Below the pieces are notes generated by a model. It saw only the letters and a program-made list of their open reading frames with translations. It made no database searches and was not told where the DNA came from. From a virus (taxonomy: Duplodnaviria > Caudoviricetes), in the IMG/VR virus record IMGVR_UViG_3300006191_000010, positions 1 through 37,585 of that record: DNA of 37,585 nt; one strand, 5' to 3'. The position numbers were made by a program, and so were the translations under genes. Shown here piece after piece: positions 34,359 to 37,585 of this stretch (position 1 is the first letter of the stretch; every line of letters starts with the position of its first letter).

Positions 34359-36713
34359 ATGAAAAAACTACTAATACTATTATTATTACCGCTAAGTATA
34401 TCCGCTCAAGACTCATGGGTTAACTTTAAGGTACAGTTTGATTTTTACGGCCCTTCAGAATCTAACTTTTTCATGGTTTCAGACGCCTCTGGTGATACAG
34501 CTATGTTCTTTCAACCTACAGTGTCTTATGAATATTTAGACACGACTATAGCCATTAATAGTGGCTCTTATTTATTATCGCTTAACGATACTTATGGAGA
34601 TGGATGGGTGTCAACTAACCCATCTTCGTTTAAAATGCAGAATGACTGTCAAGGTCCTATACTGAACTATGACCCATTAACAATGGCATTCTTTACATTA
34701 GATACATTGGTTAACATATGGCCTTGTGCTCCGCCAGCACCACCAGAATCTGGTGTACCCACTAACGTTATAATTAACTTAGATCAATTTACACCTGAGA
34801 CTTCTTGGGACATACAAGATTCAAACGGTGTTATACATGCTTCTGGATCAGGATACGGCACACTTGCTCCTTACTCCGTGGTAGATGTAATAGTAGAGAT
34901 ACCTAAAGGATCTTTGTTCTTTAATATGTACGACGTATACGGTGATGGTTTACAAGGTTCTGCATGGCAAGGCTCTGATGGTTCTTATTTTGTAAAACAA
35001 TGTAATGATACGTTGGTGTATGGTACGGATCCAGCTTTTGGTTTTGACACTATACATTCTTTTGTTTCTGACTCATGTCCCCCTATATTAGGCTGTACAG
35101 ACTATGACTATTTAGAATATGATTACTACGCTGACGTAGATGATGGTAGTTGTGTTACGTTAAAAGTATATGGGTGTACCGATGTTACTATGTATAATTT
35201 TGATGCTTTAGCTAACACAATGGATTTAGTAGACACTTGTGAGTTCACTCTTGTGTTACATGATCTTATGGGTAACGGTTGGGTTGGATCTACTTTGGAA
35301 TTATTTACTCCTGATACAACGTATACTTTTACTCACACTGGTGGGTTTACTGATATTTATCAAGTAGGTATAACTGCACCTGATCCTATTGGTTTTGTAT
35401 TTAACATAGATCCTTTAGCACAAGCAACAACTATAGAATGTGGGTTTACTTTAATTAATCCAGATGGAGATACTCTGATTAGTGTAATGCCTCCTTTCAT
35501 TACACCAAGTTTAACTTATCCTGTAATAACAAACTGTGGTAATGAATGTATAGAGATGGTTTATGGATGTACATTCCCTAATGCAATTAATTATGACCCA
35601 TTAGCTAACACGGATGATGTTAGTTGTTATTATACTCCAGGATGTACTAATCCAGTATACTTAGAGTATAACTCGAACTACGATTATGACGATGGCTCCT
35701 GCAGTACCTTGGTTGTTTTAGGGTGTATGGATTCTACGGCGTTTAATTATGTTGACACAGCGAACACGGAACTTCCTAACTCTTGTATAGCGATAGTCGA
35801 AGGGTGTATGCAGGCTTTAGCCTTCAACTACAACCCTAACGCTAATGTTTCAGACACGTGTATAGCAGTTATATACGGATGCATGAGCTCAATAGCTATA
35901 AACTATGATTCTCTAGCTAACATAGATGATGGTAGCTGCATTGGAATTATATATGGATGTATTGATACCTCGGCTTTTAATTATGATCCCATGGCTAACA
36001 CGGGGGACAATAGCTGTATACCGTTTATATATGGATGTATAAACCCGTCGCAATTCAACTATAACCCACTAGCCAACACAAATGATGGAACCTGCATACC
36101 ATATATTTACGGGTGTACTGACTCTACAATGTTTAACTATAATCCACTAGCAAATGCTGACAATAATAGCTGTACTCCTTATGTATTCGGTTGTACGGAC
36201 CCTTCTATGCTTAATTACAATCCCTTGTCGAACACAGAGGATTTTACTTGCATTGAATTTTTATACGGCTGTATGGAGGTCTTGGCTCTCAACTATGACT
36301 CGTTGGCTAACACGGATAACGAATCGTGTATCGCTATCATTGAGGGTTGCATGGATCTTAATGCCTATAACTATCTTCTTGAGGCCAACGTTAGTGACAA
36401 TAACTGTCTTTACGCTTCTGGCTGTGCTACTGGCCCTGGCATCCCTTATTGGTTAAATGATCCTTGCTACGCTTGGGTTATTAGCGTTGATAGCTATTGC
36501 TGCGATAACGAGTGGGATGAAGTATGTCAATTAACCTACAACTACTGCGATGGAACATACATCGGAGATATACCAGCTAGAAGAGCTGCTACCAAAAAAC
36601 TAGTGGCAATAACAGACTTACTAGGTAGACCTTCTAAAGAAGGTAATAACAAGCTACTGTTCTACATATATGATGATGGAACGGTTGAAAAGAAAATAAA
36701 ACTAAACAATTAA
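34359..36713 (+). CDS. Secreted repeat protein with a T9SS-type C-terminal sorting-domain-like tail (784 aa)
   Basis: ATG at 34359 gives signal peptide MKKLLILLLLPLSISA|Q. It has two D-x-YGDG beta domains, 13 GCxD/NY/DDGSC-type repeats, a DSYCC...WD..C module, and tail KKLVAITDLLGR...LLFYIYDDGTVEKKI. Confidence 0.8.
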   Translation: MKKLLILLLLPLSISAQDSWVNFKVQFDFYGPSESNFFMVSDASGDTAMFFQPTVSYEYLDTTIAINSGSYLLSLNDTYGDGWVSTNPSSFKMQNDCQGPILNYDPLTMAFFTLDTLVNIWPCAPPAPPESGVPTNVIINLDQFTPETSWDIQDSNGVIHASGSGYGTLAPYSVVDVIVEIPKGSLFFNMYDVYGDGLQGSAWQGSDGSYFVKQCNDTLVYGTDPAFGFDTIHSFVSDSCPPILGCTDYDYLEYDYYADVDDGSCVTLKVYGCTDVTMYNFDALANTMDLVDTCEFTLVLHDLMGNGWVGSTLELFTPDTTYTFTHTGGFTDIYQVGITAPDPIGFVFNIDPLAQATTIECGFTLINPDGDTLISVMPPFITPSLTYPVITNCGNECIEMVYGCTFPNAINYDPLANTDDVSCYYTPGCTNPVYLEYNSNYDYDDGSCSTLVVLGCMDSTAFNYVDTANTELPNSCIAIVEGCMQALAFNYNPNANVSDTCIAVIYGCMSSIAINYDSLANIDDGSCIGIIYGCIDTSAFNYDPMANTGDNSCIPFIYGCINPSQFNYNPLANTNDGTCIPYIYGCTDSTMFNYNPLANADNNSCTPYVFGCTDPSMLNYNPLSNTEDFTCIEFLYGCMEVLALNYDSLANTDNESCIAIIEGCMDLNAYNYLLEANVSDNNCLYASGCATGPGIPYWLNDPCYAWVISVDSYCCDNEWDEVCQLTYNYCDGTYIGDIPARRAATKKLVAITDLLGRPSKEGNNKLLFYIYDDGTVEKKIKLNN
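35559..36407 (+). repeat. 11 tandem repeats of about 26 aa (about 78 bp): GC-x-D-x-x-A-x-NY-x-P-x-AN-x-D-x-x-x-C
   Basis: Runs from VYGCTFPNAINYDPLANTDDVSC to IEGCMDLNAYNYLLEANVSDNNC. Two further copies start near 35091. Confidence 0.92.
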
Positions 36714-36729
36714 TTAAAAAAGTAAAAAC

Positions 36730-37155
36730 ATGGCAACAACAACAGCAACATTCACGCTATCTAGCCCTGACTTAGTATCCACTCCTATATCGTTGTCATC
36801 AACAGCAACTCTTTATGATGCTGGTACAACTACAGGTGTAACACAGGTGAAGATGGGTAGAAATGAAATACCTTTAGGTTCTCCAACAAACTTTGACCTT
36901 CTTGACGCTACGGCGGCTCACGCAAACAAAGCTAATAAATTTTATATCGCTAACAAAGCTACTAATGACGATCACTATGTGGTTGTTACAATAGGAGCAC
37001 AAGTAATAGGTAGGTTATATGCAGGTGACTGGATGTACATGCCTTGGGAAGCAGCGGCAGATACTCAAGATATAGAAGTTCAAGCTTTTGTAGCAGCACA
37101 AGTGATAGAATGGGTGGTTTTCCACGAGGGAGAAACATTGAATGCAGCATCGTAA
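36730..37155 (+). CDS. Hypothetical beta-rich virion-type protein, paralogue A (141 aa)
   Basis: MATTTATFTLSS...KANKFYI...IGRLYAGDWMYMPW. Confidence 0.75.
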   Translation: MATTTATFTLSSPDLVSTPISLSSTATLYDAGTTTGVTQVKMGRNEIPLGSPTNFDLLDATAAHANKANKFYIANKATNDDHYVVVTIGAQVIGRLYAGDWMYMPWEAAADTQDIEVQAFVAAQVIEWVVFHEGETLNAAS

Positions 37156-37178
37156 TAACATTAAATAAATAAAAAAAC

Positions 37179-37585
37179 ATGGCAACAACAACAGCAAGTA
37201 TAACGTTATCGAGCTCAGACATAATGGACAACTCGTTATCTATATCAAACACAGCAACTCTTACTAAAGCCGGAACAGCTACTGGTCTTCCAGACACTAC
37301 GAGTTTAAGACAAAAAAGAATAGCATCTAATGTTAAGCAGAACCTACTGTTAGTAGACGAAACAGAGGCTACAGCTTTAAAAGCAAACAAGGTTTACATT
37401 AAAAACACTGGAACCTCTACAGCGAAGTACGGTACAGTAGGTATAACTAGTGGTGATAATGACGTTGAGATTAAATTAGGTAGATTATATGGAGGTGATT
37501 GGATGTTTATTCCATGGAACGCAGTGCGCGGAGCAAAGGAGGTTTTTGAACTAACAGCTTCTGGTAGTTGGGCTACTAACAACAC
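37179..37585 (+). CDS. Paralogue B of the preceding gene, 3'-truncated (absent from the ORF track)
   Basis: Frame open from ATG 37179 to the window end: MATTTASITLSS...KANKVYIKN...LGRLYGGDWMFIPW... Confidence 0.85.
   Translation, partial: MATTTASITLSSSDIMDNSLSISNTATLTKAGTATGLPDTTSLRQKRIASNVKQNLLLVDETEATALKANKVYIKNTGTSTAKYGTVGITSGDNDVEIKLGRLYGGDWMFIPWNAVRGAKEVFELTASGSWATNN

Noticed and set aside
35559-36407. About 78-bp periodicity as a CRISPR array or DGR template/variable repeat
   Set aside because: The repeats are in-frame, degenerate at synonymous positions and lack unique spacers. No adenine-specific pair or reverse transcriptase is visible.

Overview
The window is a gene-dense, entirely plus-strand structural/late region of a large podovirus-type phage with crAss-like (Crassvirales-related) architecture, probably infecting a Bacteroidota (Flavobacteriales-like) host. 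Gene order: terminase large subunit (5'-truncated), portal, scaffold-like protein, major capsid protein plus terminator, conserved virion genes, two ring/tail-tube proteins, a 3066-aa stabilisation/muzzle protein with large insertions and a Cys-rich repeat tail, a Cys-repeat protein, and an ejection cluster. That cluster contains a peptidase-S74-tailed protein and a 2865-aa polyvalent protein with zincin, sigma-like, PD-(D/E)XK, HAD and CCCH motifs but no recognisable virion RNA polymerase motif. It is followed by an accessory cluster of envelope-targeted proteins: a putative outer-membrane beta-barrel, a TM/coiled-coil protein, a secreted CxxC-less thioredoxin-fold protein and a T9SS-cargo-like repeat protein. 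The window ends in two tandem paralogues. The best candidates for an undescribed system are the phage-encoded envelope/T9SS-cargo module, whose repeat unit is shared with the tail muzzle protein, and the polyvalent ejected protein. Two paired non-coding motifs were also found. All family assignments come from motif recognition and gene order by eye; no searches were run.
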